Positions 9,830-19,684 of a stretch of DNA of 64,000 nucleotides are shown piece after piece. The stretch comes from Acidimicrobiia bacterium. GTDB taxonomy: Bacteria; Actinomycetota; Acidimicrobiia; Spongiisociales; Spongiisociaceae. Made by a program: the position numbers and the translations under genes. Where the stretch lies: positions 14,908 through 78,907 of the forward strand of contig JBFGLM010000021.1 of NCBI GenBank assembly GCA_041576165.1. The letters run 5' to 3'. Each line of letters starts with the position of its first letter. Positions within the stretch are counted from its first letter, which is position 1. The notes beneath the pieces were generated by a model. That model was not told the DNA's origin and ran no database searches. It was given only the letters and a program-made list of their open reading frames with translations.

Positions 9830-10663
9830 TCAGAAGAGTGCGCTGGCCAGCTTGGTTCGGTACGTCTTGACGAGCGGATCGTCGGGGCCGCGCAGATCGA
9901 AGATGTCGATCATGGCCTGGCGCGCCTGCTCCGACTCGTCCGCCTTGGCCTGAACGACGGCCAGTAGGCCCTCGAGAGCGTCTTCGAGGTCGCCGGCGGC
10001 GGCGGCGGCTTGTGCCACGTGCAGGCGGGCCTGGACATCGTCCGGATTCTTGGCCAGGGCGGCGCACGCCGCCTCGGCGTCGATGCTCTCAGCCGCGGTC
10101 ATGCGGGCGGCTGCCTGGAGATGGGCGACCTCTTCGTTGGCGGAGAGGTGCGCCAGCACTTCGAGAGCGGCATCGGCGTCTCCCTGGTTGATGCGGAGGG
10201 CCGCCACCGCCAGACCCGCCTCCTGGTGCGTTGGCTCGGCAGCCAGGACGGTGTTCAGTATCTCCAGAGCCGCGTCCTCGTCGCCGGCGTCCAGCAGCCG
10301 TTCGGCGGCGGCGACCTGGCGGTCGGAGTCGGTCGGCCTCAGCTCTTCCACCCATTGTCGAACCTGTGTGTCCGGGAGCGCGCCGGTGAAGCGTGCCGTC
10401 GGCTGGCCACCCTTGAAGGCGATCACAGTGGGAATGCCCTGGATGCCGAACTGGCCGGCGAGCTGCTGATTGCGATCGACGTCGACCTTGGCGAGCTCCA
10501 CCTCGCCGTCTGTGGCTTGCACCGCAGCCTCGAGCGCGGGGCCGAGCACCTTGCAAGGCCCACACCATTCGGCCCAGAAGTCGACGATGATCGGCTTTTC
10601 GTGTGATCGATCGAGGACCCGAGTGGAGAAGTCTTCGGATTCGACGTCGTAAGCGATCGGCAT
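9830..10663 (-). CDS. thioredoxin-TPR chaperedoxin (YbbN/CnoX-like)
   Basis: DFWAEWCGPC, GIQGIPTV, TPR-like helices, C-terminal YRTKLASALF. Confidence 0.9.
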   Translation of the reverse strand: MPIAYDVESEDFSTRVLDRSHEKPIIVDFWAEWCGPCKVLGPALEAAVQATDGEVELAKVDVDRNQQLAGQFGIQGIPTVIAFKGGQPTARFTGALPDTQVRQWVEELRPTDSDRQVAAAERLLDAGDEDAALEILNTVLAAEPTHQEAGLAVAALRINQGDADAALEVLAHLSANEEVAHLQAAARMTAAESIDAEAACAALAKNPDDVQARLHVAQAAAAAGDLEDALEGLLAVVQAKADESEQARQAMIDIFDLRGPDDPLVKTYRTKLASALF

Positions 10664-10838
10664 TATGCGCCCAAGGTTAGATCGTCGCCCGACGTTCCCG
10701 AACCCCGTCGGACGGACCGGGCCCATGTCAGCAGCCGCCCGGGCAACGGCCCGCGCTTTCTCCGGCTCCAAAGAGACGAAACACCCCCGCATGCGTGCTC
10801 TATCCTGGCAATGACCAACACACACGGAAGGTGCGGAA

Positions 10839-11732
10839 ATGTCCGGCGCGGATACACCCTTTGGACAGGTCCTGACCGCGATGATCACGCCGTTCGATGA
10901 CGATGGACGCGTCGATTATGACCGCGCATCTCGGCTCGCCGCCTACCTCGTGTCGCACGGCTCCGACGGCCTCGTGGTAACCGGTACGACCGGGGAGTCG
11001 CCCACTCTCAGCGACGACGAGAAGCTGGCGCTGTACCGAGCGGTGCTGGACGCGGTGGGAGGACGAGCCACCGTGATCGCCGGGACCGGTACGTACGACA
11101 CCCACCACTCGATCGAACAGTCGACTAGAGCCGCCGAGCTGGGCGTCGACGGACTCATGGCCGTGACGCCGTACTACTCGAAGCCATCTCAGGATGGACT
11201 TCTGGCTCACTTTGCGGCCATCGCCGACGCAGTCGACCTGCCCATGATCGTCTACAACATCCCCGGTCGGACAGGACGGCTCATCGAGATACCCACTCTG
11301 GCCGAACTAGCCGTACACCCCAACATCGTCGCCACCAAGGACGCCGTCGACGACGTGGGTTACACCGCGCGCAGCCGGGCGGCACTACCGGAGGATTTTG
11401 CCATCTATTCGGGGTCTGACATCTATACGCTGCCCCAACTTTCCGTCGGGGCGATTGGGGTGATTTCGGTAGCTTCGCATTTCGTCGGCCCGCAGATCAA
11501 GCGGATGATCATCGCGTACACCCAGGGTGATGTGGCAGAGGCGCAGCGGTTGCTGGCAGGCCTCATCCCGATCTTCGAGGCGTGCTTCGTGGAGCCCAAT
11601 CCGATGCCGACCAAGGCCGGGCTCAACGCGTTGTGGGAATCAGTGGGTGACCCCCGCCCCCCGCTGGTCGGTGCCCATCCCGACACCACCCAGATGATCA
11701 AAGACGCACTCGGTATCGCGCAGCAGTTGTGA
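10839..11732 (+). CDS. dapA: 4-hydroxy-tetrahydrodipicolinate synthase
   Basis: GTTGES, PYYSKP, YNIPGRT, Schiff-base Lys in ATKDA. Confidence 0.95.
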   Translation: MSGADTPFGQVLTAMITPFDDDGRVDYDRASRLAAYLVSHGSDGLVVTGTTGESPTLSDDEKLALYRAVLDAVGGRATVIAGTGTYDTHHSIEQSTRAAELGVDGLMAVTPYYSKPSQDGLLAHFAAIADAVDLPMIVYNIPGRTGRLIEIPTLAELAVHPNIVATKDAVDDVGYTARSRAALPEDFAIYSGSDIYTLPQLSVGAIGVISVASHFVGPQIKRMIIAYTQGDVAEAQRLLAGLIPIFEACFVEPNPMPTKAGLNALWESVGDPRPPLVGAHPDTTQMIKDALGIAQQL

Positions 11733-13366
11733 CGGTCAGGGTCACGTTTCTCGGCGGCCTCGGCGAGATAGGACGCAACTGCGCCGCATTGGAGCACGAT
11801 GGAAAGATCGCGCTCATCGACTGCGGGCTCATGTTCCCTGAAGAGGACATGCTCGGCGTGGATTTGGTCTTCCCCGATTGGAGCTGGCTCGTCGAGCGGC
11901 GCGAGGACGTGGAGATGGTCGTGCTCACCCACGGCCATGAGGACCACATCGGCGCGCTGGGATACTTCCTACGCGAGATCGGTGTCCCCGTCTACGGCAC
12001 CGAACTCACTGTCGAATTCGCCCGAGCCCGAGTGGATGAGCTGCGGGTAGACGCCGATTTCCGGCCGGTGGAGCATTCCCGTTGGCTGGATCACGGTCCG
12101 TTCCGGTTCCGCCTGATCCCTGTCTCCCACAGCGTGCCGGACGGATGCGGGGTTGCCTTTGACACCCCCGAAGGCATGGTCGTGCACACCGGTGACTTCA
12201 AGCTGGACCCCACCCCGATCGACGACAAGCCGACCGATCTACCTGCGTTCGCCAAGCTCGGTCGGCAGGGTGTCCGGCTGCTCCTGTCCGACTCGACCAA
12301 CGCCGAGCGGGAGGGCTTCGTCGCGTCCGAGCGCTCTCTGGGCAGGACTATCAATGCCATCATGCGGGAGGCTCCGGGGCGGGTGATCGCTGCGTGCTTT
12401 TCTTCTCATATCCACCGCGTGCAGCAGATCGTGGATGGTGGGATCAACGACGGCCGGTTCATAGCGTTTCTGGGCCGGTCGATGGAACGGAACACGGCGA
12501 TCGGCACTCGGCTGGGACGGCTCCACATCCCCGACGACCGAATAATGCCCATCGAGGAGCTGCTGTCCTTGCCGCCACACGAGATCCTGGTCGTCACTAC
12601 CGGTGCGCAGGGGGAACCATTCGCCGCTCTGTCGCTGATGGCATCCGGGCGGCACCGCTGGGTGGACTTGCACGAGGACGACACTGTGATCATCTCCGCC
12701 ACGCCCATCCCCGGCAATGAGTCGGCGGTATCGAAGGTGATCAGCAAGCTGAACAAGAGCGGCGCCCAGGTCTATCACGGTAGAAACGCCAGCGTGCACG
12801 TCTCCGGCCACGGAGCACGGGAGGAACTCAAGACGTTCTTCAATGTCGTGCGCCCCACCGCTTTTGTGCCGGTGCATGGGGAGTACCGCCACCTGCGGGC
12901 CCACGCCGAGATGGCCGAAGAAATGGGCATCACCGAAGTGTTCGTGCTGGAGGACGGCGACGCCATCGTCCTCGACGGCAAAGACACCTGGGTCGAGCGG
13001 GAAGCGGTCGATGCCGGCTATGTGTATCTAGACGGCCTGGGCGTGGGTGATGTGCGTGAAGGAGTGCTGCGGGATAGGGGGCATCTGGCCGACCACGGTG
13101 TCGTGGTTGTGAGCGTCGGGCTCAATGCCAAAAACGGAACCATCATTTACGGACCGGACCTCACCAGTCACGGCTTCATGGATGAACCGGACCAGGTGCT
13201 GGCCAAAGCTGCCGAGGCGATCGAGGCGGCCCTCGCCGACTTTGCGCCGGACACTGGCGAGGACGACGACACGGTGAACGTCGTGATTCGACGGGCGGTG
13301 ACCAGGGTGATCCGGGGTGAGACCCAGAGACGGCCCGTCGTGCTGCCGGTCGTGCTCGAGTTGTGA
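11729..13366 (+). CDS. rnj: ribonuclease J
   Basis: LGGLGEIGRN, THGHEDH, HTGDFK, HVSGH, PVHGEYRH. Confidence 0.96.
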   Translation: MTVRVTFLGGLGEIGRNCAALEHDGKIALIDCGLMFPEEDMLGVDLVFPDWSWLVERREDVEMVVLTHGHEDHIGALGYFLREIGVPVYGTELTVEFARARVDELRVDADFRPVEHSRWLDHGPFRFRLIPVSHSVPDGCGVAFDTPEGMVVHTGDFKLDPTPIDDKPTDLPAFAKLGRQGVRLLLSDSTNAEREGFVASERSLGRTINAIMREAPGRVIAACFSSHIHRVQQIVDGGINDGRFIAFLGRSMERNTAIGTRLGRLHIPDDRIMPIEELLSLPPHEILVVTTGAQGEPFAALSLMASGRHRWVDLHEDDTVIISATPIPGNESAVSKVISKLNKSGAQVYHGRNASVHVSGHGAREELKTFFNVVRPTAFVPVHGEYRHLRAHAEMAEEMGITEVFVLEDGDAIVLDGKDTWVEREAVDAGYVYLDGLGVGDVREGVLRDRGHLADHGVVVVSVGLNAKNGTIIYGPDLTSHGFMDEPDQVLAKAAEAIEAALADFAPDTGEDDDTVNVVIRRAVTRVIRGETQRRPVVLPVVLEL

Positions 13367-13386
13367 GGCTCGCGGGACCGCGGCCG

Positions 13387-13788
13387 TCAGTTGAGCTGGA
13401 CGCCGGCCGCCCGCACTGCGTCTTCTAGCCCGGCCGGGTCCTCCTGCCACACATCGATCACCTGGTCGCCGCGGAAGCGATATGTCGTGCGAGTGTTGAC
13501 CGTGACTTGGTCGCTCGAGTCAGTGTCGGACGCGACGATCGACATCACGAATGACACCAGATCTCCCTCCTCGGTGAAATCGGAGACCTGGGTCTGGCGA
13601 TCACGGCGGGTGCGTCGCAGCAGGTCGGTCAGAGCGATCAGGTCCTCGCGGCCCATCGCCCGCTCACCGCTCAGCCGGTAGATGAGATCGTGAGCGAACA
13701 GCGCCGTGACGTTCTCTTCGGTGCTGCCCTCCTCTGTCTCGTATTGTCGCCGGAAATAGTCGCGGATCAGGTCGGGGCGCGTTGCCAC
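13387..13788 (-). CDS. SnoaL/NTF2-like protein
   Basis: About 133 aa with an NTF2-like pattern (..EGDLV..YRFRGDQVIDVW); GGAGG SD before the GTG. Confidence 0.6.
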   Translation of the reverse strand: MATRPDLIRDYFRRQYETEEGSTEENVTALFAHDLIYRLSGERAMGREDLIALTDLLRRTRRDRQTQVSDFTEEGDLVSFVMSIVASDTDSSDQVTVNTRTTYRFRGDQVIDVWQEDPAGLEDAVRAAGVQLN

Positions 13789-14006
13789 ATTGTCCTCCCA
13801 GGGCCGGGATCGTACATCGTATATTCTCATTGGCACTGGCGGCGAGTCACGTTTATTGCTCACGCCGGATCGGGCCAACGGACCGTCGGTTTCGTCTCAT
13901 GTCGCCGGGCGAGCCCCCGCCCCTGCGACTGATCGCGCGGATCGCGCGATAAATCGCGCGATGGGTCGTTGGTACAGATTATGGGCTTGTGTAGTGTTCC
14001 AGACAC

Positions 14007-16292
14007 ATGCCCAAAGCGACACCCACCCGCCGAGGGGCCAACGGGCGGAAGCGGGTGTCGAAGAAGAAGACGACAACCAAACGCCAGGCGCCGCAGCGCT
14101 CGGTGGGGTCCGTGCTGGCGGACCTGCGGGAGCGACTCAGCTACGGCATTGGCCGCCAGGCCGACGATGTCTGGGGCCTCGTCCTCCTGGTCATCTCCAC
14201 GCTGCTCGCCTTGGCCTTCGTCGGACTGGCCGGCCCGCTGGGTGGCTGGATCGTCTCCTCGCTCCGTTTTCTGATTGGTGCCTGGGCATTTGCGCTCGTC
14301 CCGGCGATCGCCGGACTGGGGCTGGTGCTGGTGCTGGGACGGCACCGCAACGATTACGGCCGCATTGGGGCGGGCGTGGCCGTGGCCTTCATCGGCTCGC
14401 TGGCACTGTTCCATCTGCTGACGGGCAGCGTCGCGCTCGCCCAAAGCATCGATCTCGTAATGCAGCGCGGGGGAGCGCTGGGCGCCCTCATTGCTTTTCC
14501 GCTCCGGAGGCTGATCGGGTTTTGGGGTGGATTCGTCGTGCTGGCGGCGCTCATCTCGGTCGGGGTGCTGCTGATCACCCGGGCGTCGATCCGGGAAACG
14601 TTCGAGGCCGCAGTCGAGCTCGGCAAGGCCCTGCAGGCATGGGCGGTGTCGGTCGTCCGGGCTCGGCGGGCATCCCGCCCGAGCCGGGACGCGCCGAACC
14701 ACACGCCCGCACGACCGCTCCCGCGGCCCAAACAAGCGCCAACGTCGAACCGTCCCAAGCATCGAGCGCCGAAGAAATCGAAGCCGCGACCCGAGCCGGC
14801 CACCGAACCTGAGCCGGTCCCGGCGCCCCGGCCCCAAGGAGGCGACTACAAGCTGCCTCCGCTTGATCTGCTCGGTTCAGGCGGGGGAGAAGGCCAGTCG
14901 CGCCGTGTGCTAGAAGACACCGCCCGCCAGCTGGAGGAAACCCTGCGCCAGCACAGCGTCGACGCCCGCCTGACCAAGATCGTGCCCGGCCCGACCGTCA
15001 CGCGCTACGAGATCGAACTCTCCCCCGGCGTCAAGGTGTCGCGCATCACCAACCTCTCCAACGACATTGCCTACGCACTTGCCACACCCGACGTGCGCCT
15101 GCTGGCGCCGATCCCGGGAAAGAGCGCCATCGGCGTCGAGGTCCCCAACGAGCGGCGCCAGCTAGTGACCTTGGGTGATGTCCTGCGGTCGACAGAAGCC
15201 CGCCAGGCAGCAGACCCACTTGTGGTCGGCGTCGGTATGGACATCTCCGGTAGGCCCATCCTCGTGAATCTGGCCGAGCTGCCGCACGTGCTGATCGCCG
15301 GTGCAACCGGCGCCGGCAAGTCCTCGTGTATCAACTCGCTGGTGACCTCGATCCTCATGCGGACGCGCCCGGAGGAGGTCCGCATGATCATGGTCGATCC
15401 CAAACGGGTCGAGCTGGGCCAATACAACGGCGTCCCGCACCTCTTGACCCGGGTCATCACCAACCCCAAAAAGGCAGCCGACGCACTCCAGTGGGCGGTC
15501 AAGGAGATGGACCGTCGTTACGATCTGCTGGCCGACGCGAGCGTGCGCGACGTCATCGGATACCACGAGAAGTACGACTCCGGCCAGCTCGATCAGGACG
15601 GTTTCGATCGGTTCCCCTACCTGGTTGTGATTGTTGATGAGCTCAACGATCTGATGATGGTGGCGGGGCGCGAGGTCGAGGATGCCATCGTCCGGATAGC
15701 CCAGATGGCGCGGGCGGTCGGAATTCATCTGGTAATCGCCACCCAGCGGCCGTCGGTGAACGTGATAACCGGCGTGATCAAGGCGAACGTCCCCAGCCGC
15801 TTCGCCTTCTCGGTGGCTTCACAAACCGACAGTCGCGTGATCATCGACACGATTGGTGCCGACAAGTTGATCGGGATGGGCGACATGTTGCTGGTCACCG
15901 CCCGGGAGCCGCGCCCCCAGCGCGTGCAAGGCGCCTGGGTGGAGGAATCTGAGATCCACGCCGTCGTGAAATGGGCCAAACAGCAGCAGGCCGCTGAGTA
16001 TCGCGAGGTGGCGGAATCTATCGCAGCGGAACGCAAACAGGCCATCGAACAAGACGAAGGCGACGATCCCGAGCTCATCCAGCAAGCTACCGAGCTAGTC
16101 GTTCGATCTCAGCTGGGATCCACCTCCATGCTGCAGCGTAAGCTCCGGATCGGTTTCGCCCGCGCCGGTCGCATCATGGACATCCTCGAGAACCGAGGGG
16201 TGGTGGGCCCGTCAGAAGGATCAAAGGCGCGTGAGGTCCTCATGACCGTCGATGATCTGGAACAGGCTCCATCGGGAGTGGGCGCCGAGTAA
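14007..16292 (+). CDS. ftsK: DNA translocase FtsK/SpoIIIE
   Basis: N-terminal TM segments, GPTVTRYE, AGATGAGKS, ATQRPS, gamma domain SMLQRKLRIGFARAGR. Confidence 0.96.
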   Translation: MPKATPTRRGANGRKRVSKKKTTTKRQAPQRSVGSVLADLRERLSYGIGRQADDVWGLVLLVISTLLALAFVGLAGPLGGWIVSSLRFLIGAWAFALVPAIAGLGLVLVLGRHRNDYGRIGAGVAVAFIGSLALFHLLTGSVALAQSIDLVMQRGGALGALIAFPLRRLIGFWGGFVVLAALISVGVLLITRASIRETFEAAVELGKALQAWAVSVVRARRASRPSRDAPNHTPARPLPRPKQAPTSNRPKHRAPKKSKPRPEPATEPEPVPAPRPQGGDYKLPPLDLLGSGGGEGQSRRVLEDTARQLEETLRQHSVDARLTKIVPGPTVTRYEIELSPGVKVSRITNLSNDIAYALATPDVRLLAPIPGKSAIGVEVPNERRQLVTLGDVLRSTEARQAADPLVVGVGMDISGRPILVNLAELPHVLIAGATGAGKSSCINSLVTSILMRTRPEEVRMIMVDPKRVELGQYNGVPHLLTRVITNPKKAADALQWAVKEMDRRYDLLADASVRDVIGYHEKYDSGQLDQDGFDRFPYLVVIVDELNDLMMVAGREVEDAIVRIAQMARAVGIHLVIATQRPSVNVITGVIKANVPSRFAFSVASQTDSRVIIDTIGADKLIGMGDMLLVTAREPRPQRVQGAWVEESEIHAVVKWAKQQQAAEYREVAESIAAERKQAIEQDEGDDPELIQQATELVVRSQLGSTSMLQRKLRIGFARAGRIMDILENRGVVGPSEGSKAREVLMTVDDLEQAPSGVGAE

Positions 16293-16366
16293 CGCCCGCT
16301 GTCGGGGCTCGCAGCCGGGCTGATCTGGCTTGGCACGCCATTGCGCTTCTCGGTTACGCTCCGACG

Positions 16367-17392
16367 ATGCGCCAATTGCTTGATCCGAGCGGCCACCTGG
16401 TCGGCGAGTCGCCGATTGATCTCGTGACCGCACGGCGGTTGTACCGCTCGATGGTGGCTGCCCGTCTGTTCGACCGGAAATGTGTTGCCCTGCAAAAGCA
16501 GGGACGTTTGGCCACCTACGCCCCCTATGAGGGCCAGGAGGCCGCCCAGGTGGGCAGCGCCGCCGCTCTTGCGGCCGACGACTGGATGGTGGCGACGTAT
16601 CGAGACGCTGCGGCTATGTGGATGCACGGCTTTCCCTGGGAGTCGCTGGTGCTGTGGCGATCGGGCGATGAACGAGGGGCGGCCGCGGCGCCGGAGGTGC
16701 CGGTGCTTCCGGCTTCGATCACGGTCGGGGCCCACATGTTGCACGCGGTCGGATTGGCGTGGGCGGCGCGACTGCAGGGCGAACGCCGTATCGCGATCAC
16801 GTACTTTGGGGACGGAGCCACCTCGGAAGGCGATTTCCATGAAGCCATGAACTTCGCGGCTGTGTACACCACCGGCACTGTGTTCGTTTGTCAGAACAAC
16901 GGCTACGCCATCTCGATGCCCCGCGATGCCCAGACAAAATCCGAAACCATTGCCCAAAAGGCCGGCGCCTACGGAGTGCCGGGTGTCGTCGTGGACGGCA
17001 ACGACGTCCTGGCCGTTTATGCCGTCACCGCCGAAGCCGCAGAACGGGCCCGCACCGGTGGCGGACCCACCCTCATCGAAGCCGTGACCTATCGGGTCGG
17101 GCCCCACACCACCAACGACGATCCCCGCCGTTATCGAGATCCCAATGAGGAGCGGCGCTGGGCGGAACGGGACCCGCTCGAGCGTGTGCGTATCTACCTG
17201 GCCGCCAACGACGCGTGGGAGGCAGACTGGCAATCCGACATCGAGCGCATCGAGTCTGAATTGATCGAGGAGGCAGTGGCCGCAGCCGAGGCGTTAGATC
17301 GCCAGACGCCCGATGCGATGTTTGAGTCGATGTTCGCCGACCCGACCCCGCAGCTGCGCGCCCAGTACGCAGCCCTGAAAGAGCTCCCATGA
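16367..17392 (+). CDS. pdhA: 2-oxoacid (pyruvate/branched-chain) dehydrogenase E1 alpha
   Basis: GQEAAQVG, TPP motif GDGATSEGDFHE...NN, YRVGPHTT; substrate class uncertain. Confidence 0.88.
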   Translation: MRQLLDPSGHLVGESPIDLVTARRLYRSMVAARLFDRKCVALQKQGRLATYAPYEGQEAAQVGSAAALAADDWMVATYRDAAAMWMHGFPWESLVLWRSGDERGAAAAPEVPVLPASITVGAHMLHAVGLAWAARLQGERRIAITYFGDGATSEGDFHEAMNFAAVYTTGTVFVCQNNGYAISMPRDAQTKSETIAQKAGAYGVPGVVVDGNDVLAVYAVTAEAAERARTGGGPTLIEAVTYRVGPHTTNDDPRRYRDPNEERRWAERDPLERVRIYLAANDAWEADWQSDIERIESELIEEAVAAAEALDRQTPDAMFESMFADPTPQLRAQYAALKELP

Positions 17393-18363
17393 GCCGCACG
17401 ATCGCCGATGTTCTGCGTGATGCGCTGAGCGCCGAGCTGGAGGCCGACGACCGCGTCATGCTCCTCGGGGAAGACATCGGTCGCAACGGAGGCGTGTTTC
17501 GCATCACCGACGGCCTTCAGGACAAGTACGGGCCTGATCGGGTGGTGGATACTCCCGTGGCCGAGAGCGGCATCGTTGGTGCTGCGGTCGGTCTGGCTCT
17601 GGGGGGAATGCGCCCGGTATGTGAGATCCAGTTCATGGGCTTTTCGTATCCCGCGTTCGATCAGATCGCCAGTCACGTGGCACGGATGCGCAACCGCAGC
17701 CGCCACCGGTTCCACCTTCCAATGGTCATCCGCATGCCTTACGGCGGCGGGATCGGCGCCGCCGAGCATCACAGCGAATCGAACGAAGCGATCTACGTCA
17801 ACGTCCCCGGTCTCAAGATCGTGGTTCCCTCCACCCCCTACGATGCGGCCGGGCTCCTCCACTCCGCCATCGCAGACCCCGACCCGGTCATCCTTCTCGA
17901 ACCGATCCGCCTGTACCGGTCGGTGAGAGAGGACATACCGGCGCTGCCCTTCGAGGTGCCGATCGGCGTTGCCCGCGTCGAACGCCTCGGCACGGACGTC
18001 ACCCTGATCTCGTACGGGGCCATGACCAAAGAAGTCAGGGCGGCCGCCGACCAGCTGGAGAGCGGCGGCGTGACGGCCGAGGTGATTGACCTCAGAACGC
18101 TCGTCCCGCTCGACGAGACGACGCTGCTCGAATCGGTGATCAAAACTGGCCGGGCGGTGGTTGTGAACGAGGCCCCCCGTACGGGTGGGTTCGCTTCAGA
18201 GATCGCCGCCATCATCCAGGAACGGGCGCTCTACTCCCTGCACGCCCCAGTGCAACGGGTGACCGGCTGGGACACCGTGTTCCCGCTACGACGCACGGAG
18301 GATTACTACCTCCCGAGCGTGGATCGGATCGTGGCGGCCGCCCAGGCGACGTTGGAGGGCTGA
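17389..18363 (+). CDS. pdhB: 2-oxoacid dehydrogenase E1 beta
   Basis: GEDIGRNGGVFR, DTPVAESG, EIQF, EHHSES. Confidence 0.88.
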   Translation: MSRTIADVLRDALSAELEADDRVMLLGEDIGRNGGVFRITDGLQDKYGPDRVVDTPVAESGIVGAAVGLALGGMRPVCEIQFMGFSYPAFDQIASHVARMRNRSRHRFHLPMVIRMPYGGGIGAAEHHSESNEAIYVNVPGLKIVVPSTPYDAAGLLHSAIADPDPVILLEPIRLYRSVREDIPALPFEVPIGVARVERLGTDVTLISYGAMTKEVRAAADQLESGGVTAEVIDLRTLVPLDETTLLESVIKTGRAVVVNEAPRTGGFASEIAAIIQERALYSLHAPVQRVTGWDTVFPLRRTEDYYLPSVDRIVAAAQATLEG

Positions 18364-18364
18364 G

Positions 18365-19609
18365 GTGGCCACCGAATTCCTGCTGCCGGACATTGGGGAG
18401 GGACTCACCGAAGCCCAGATCATCCGGTGGATGGTCGGAGTCGGTGAACGCGTGGACCTCGATCAGCCGCTGGTAGAGGTCGAGACCGCCAAGGCCGTAG
18501 TCGAGATACCGGCCCCCCGGGCAGGCGTGATTCTGTTTCACGGCGGGGCAGAGGGTGACACGGTGACCGTGGGTTCGGTGCTTGCCGTTATCGGAGATCC
18601 CGGCGAGGTCTGGCCGCCGGCGGACGGGGAGATCCCTGCCGGGATGGCAACCGCCGACCCGCCGCTGGTCGGGACTCTGTCGGACGTGGGCGAAGAACTG
18701 CCCGCCCGGGCCGCATCCGGCGAGACAGTTCAGACCGGACGCATTCAGGCTTTGCCCATCGTGCGCAAGCTCGCCCGGGAGGCCGGCGTCGAGTTGACCC
18801 AGGTGCCGGGCACCGGACCAGGGGGCCGGGTAACCCGGGACGATCTCGAGGCGTTCCTGGCGGCAGGCCCCGCTGCCGAAGCGCCGGCCGGGGCCACCCC
18901 CACCCCGGCTGTGACGCCGGACCGTTCGGGCAGGGGCGAACGGCTGCGGATGTCGATGCTGCGTCGCACCATCGCCGAGCACATGGCGCGTTCCTGGGCG
19001 GAGATTCCCCACGTCACGACCTTTGACGAGGTCGATGCCACCCGCCTGCTCGAGGTCCGCCACGCCCTGGCCACGCGGCACGACGAGGTGATTCCACTCG
19101 AGGCGCTCGTGGCCAAGGCTGTGATCCCTGCGGTCCAGGATTTCCCGTTCTTCAATGCGTCACTTGACGGCGACGAGATCATCCTCCACGCCAGCGTCCA
19201 TCTCGGGATTGCGGTGGACACCAACGACGGGTTGCTCGTACCCGTCATCCGCAAGGCGGAGTCGGCTTCCGTGCTGGAGCTTGCCGCCTCGGTGGTTGAT
19301 CTGGGTGAACGCGGCAGGAGCAGGACGCTCCAACCGGACGAACTGTCCGGCGGCACCTTTACGATCTCCAACATCGGCGCAGTGGGTGGGGGGTTCGGGA
19401 CGCCGATCATCCCCTACGGCACCACTGCCATCCTTTCCATCGGGCGCGCGGCCGACAAGCCCATCGCCCGTGACGGCCGGGTGGAGATCGCCCCGATGAT
19501 GCCGCTGTCGCTGTCGTTCGATCATCGGGTGATCGACGGCGCTACCGGCCGCCGGTTCATGGCGGTCGTGGTCGAGAACCTGGCACAGCCAGCATTGTTC
19601 CTGGCCTGA
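18365..19609 (+). CDS. dihydrolipoamide acyltransferase E2
   Basis: Lipoyl domain ETAKA, E3-binding GTGPGGRV, catalytic DHRVIDG. Confidence 0.92.
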   Translation: MATEFLLPDIGEGLTEAQIIRWMVGVGERVDLDQPLVEVETAKAVVEIPAPRAGVILFHGGAEGDTVTVGSVLAVIGDPGEVWPPADGEIPAGMATADPPLVGTLSDVGEELPARAASGETVQTGRIQALPIVRKLAREAGVELTQVPGTGPGGRVTRDDLEAFLAAGPAAEAPAGATPTPAVTPDRSGRGERLRMSMLRRTIAEHMARSWAEIPHVTTFDEVDATRLLEVRHALATRHDEVIPLEALVAKAVIPAVQDFPFFNASLDGDEIILHASVHLGIAVDTNDGLLVPVIRKAESASVLELAASVVDLGERGRSRTLQPDELSGGTFTISNIGAVGGGFGTPIIPYGTTAILSIGRAADKPIARDGRVEIAPMMPLSLSFDHRVIDGATGRRFMAVVVENLAQPALFLA

Positions 19610-19642
19610 TCGCGGGCTTACTGAGCCTTTCTGAGACTGACT

Positions 19643-19673
19643 CGTTGGGGCCCGCCGGCGGCGGGCCCCAACG
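19643..19673. terminator. GC-rich hairpin between convergent genes
   Basis: CGTTGGGGCCCGCC-GGC-GGCGGGCCCCAACG, 14-bp perfect stem. Confidence 0.7.
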
Positions 19674-19684
19674 CTCACAGGAGT

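Noticed and set aside
16367-19609. Missing E3 (lpd) as an anomaly
   Set aside because: E1a-E1b-E2 operons without lpd are common in Actinobacteria; E3 is usually shared from another locus.
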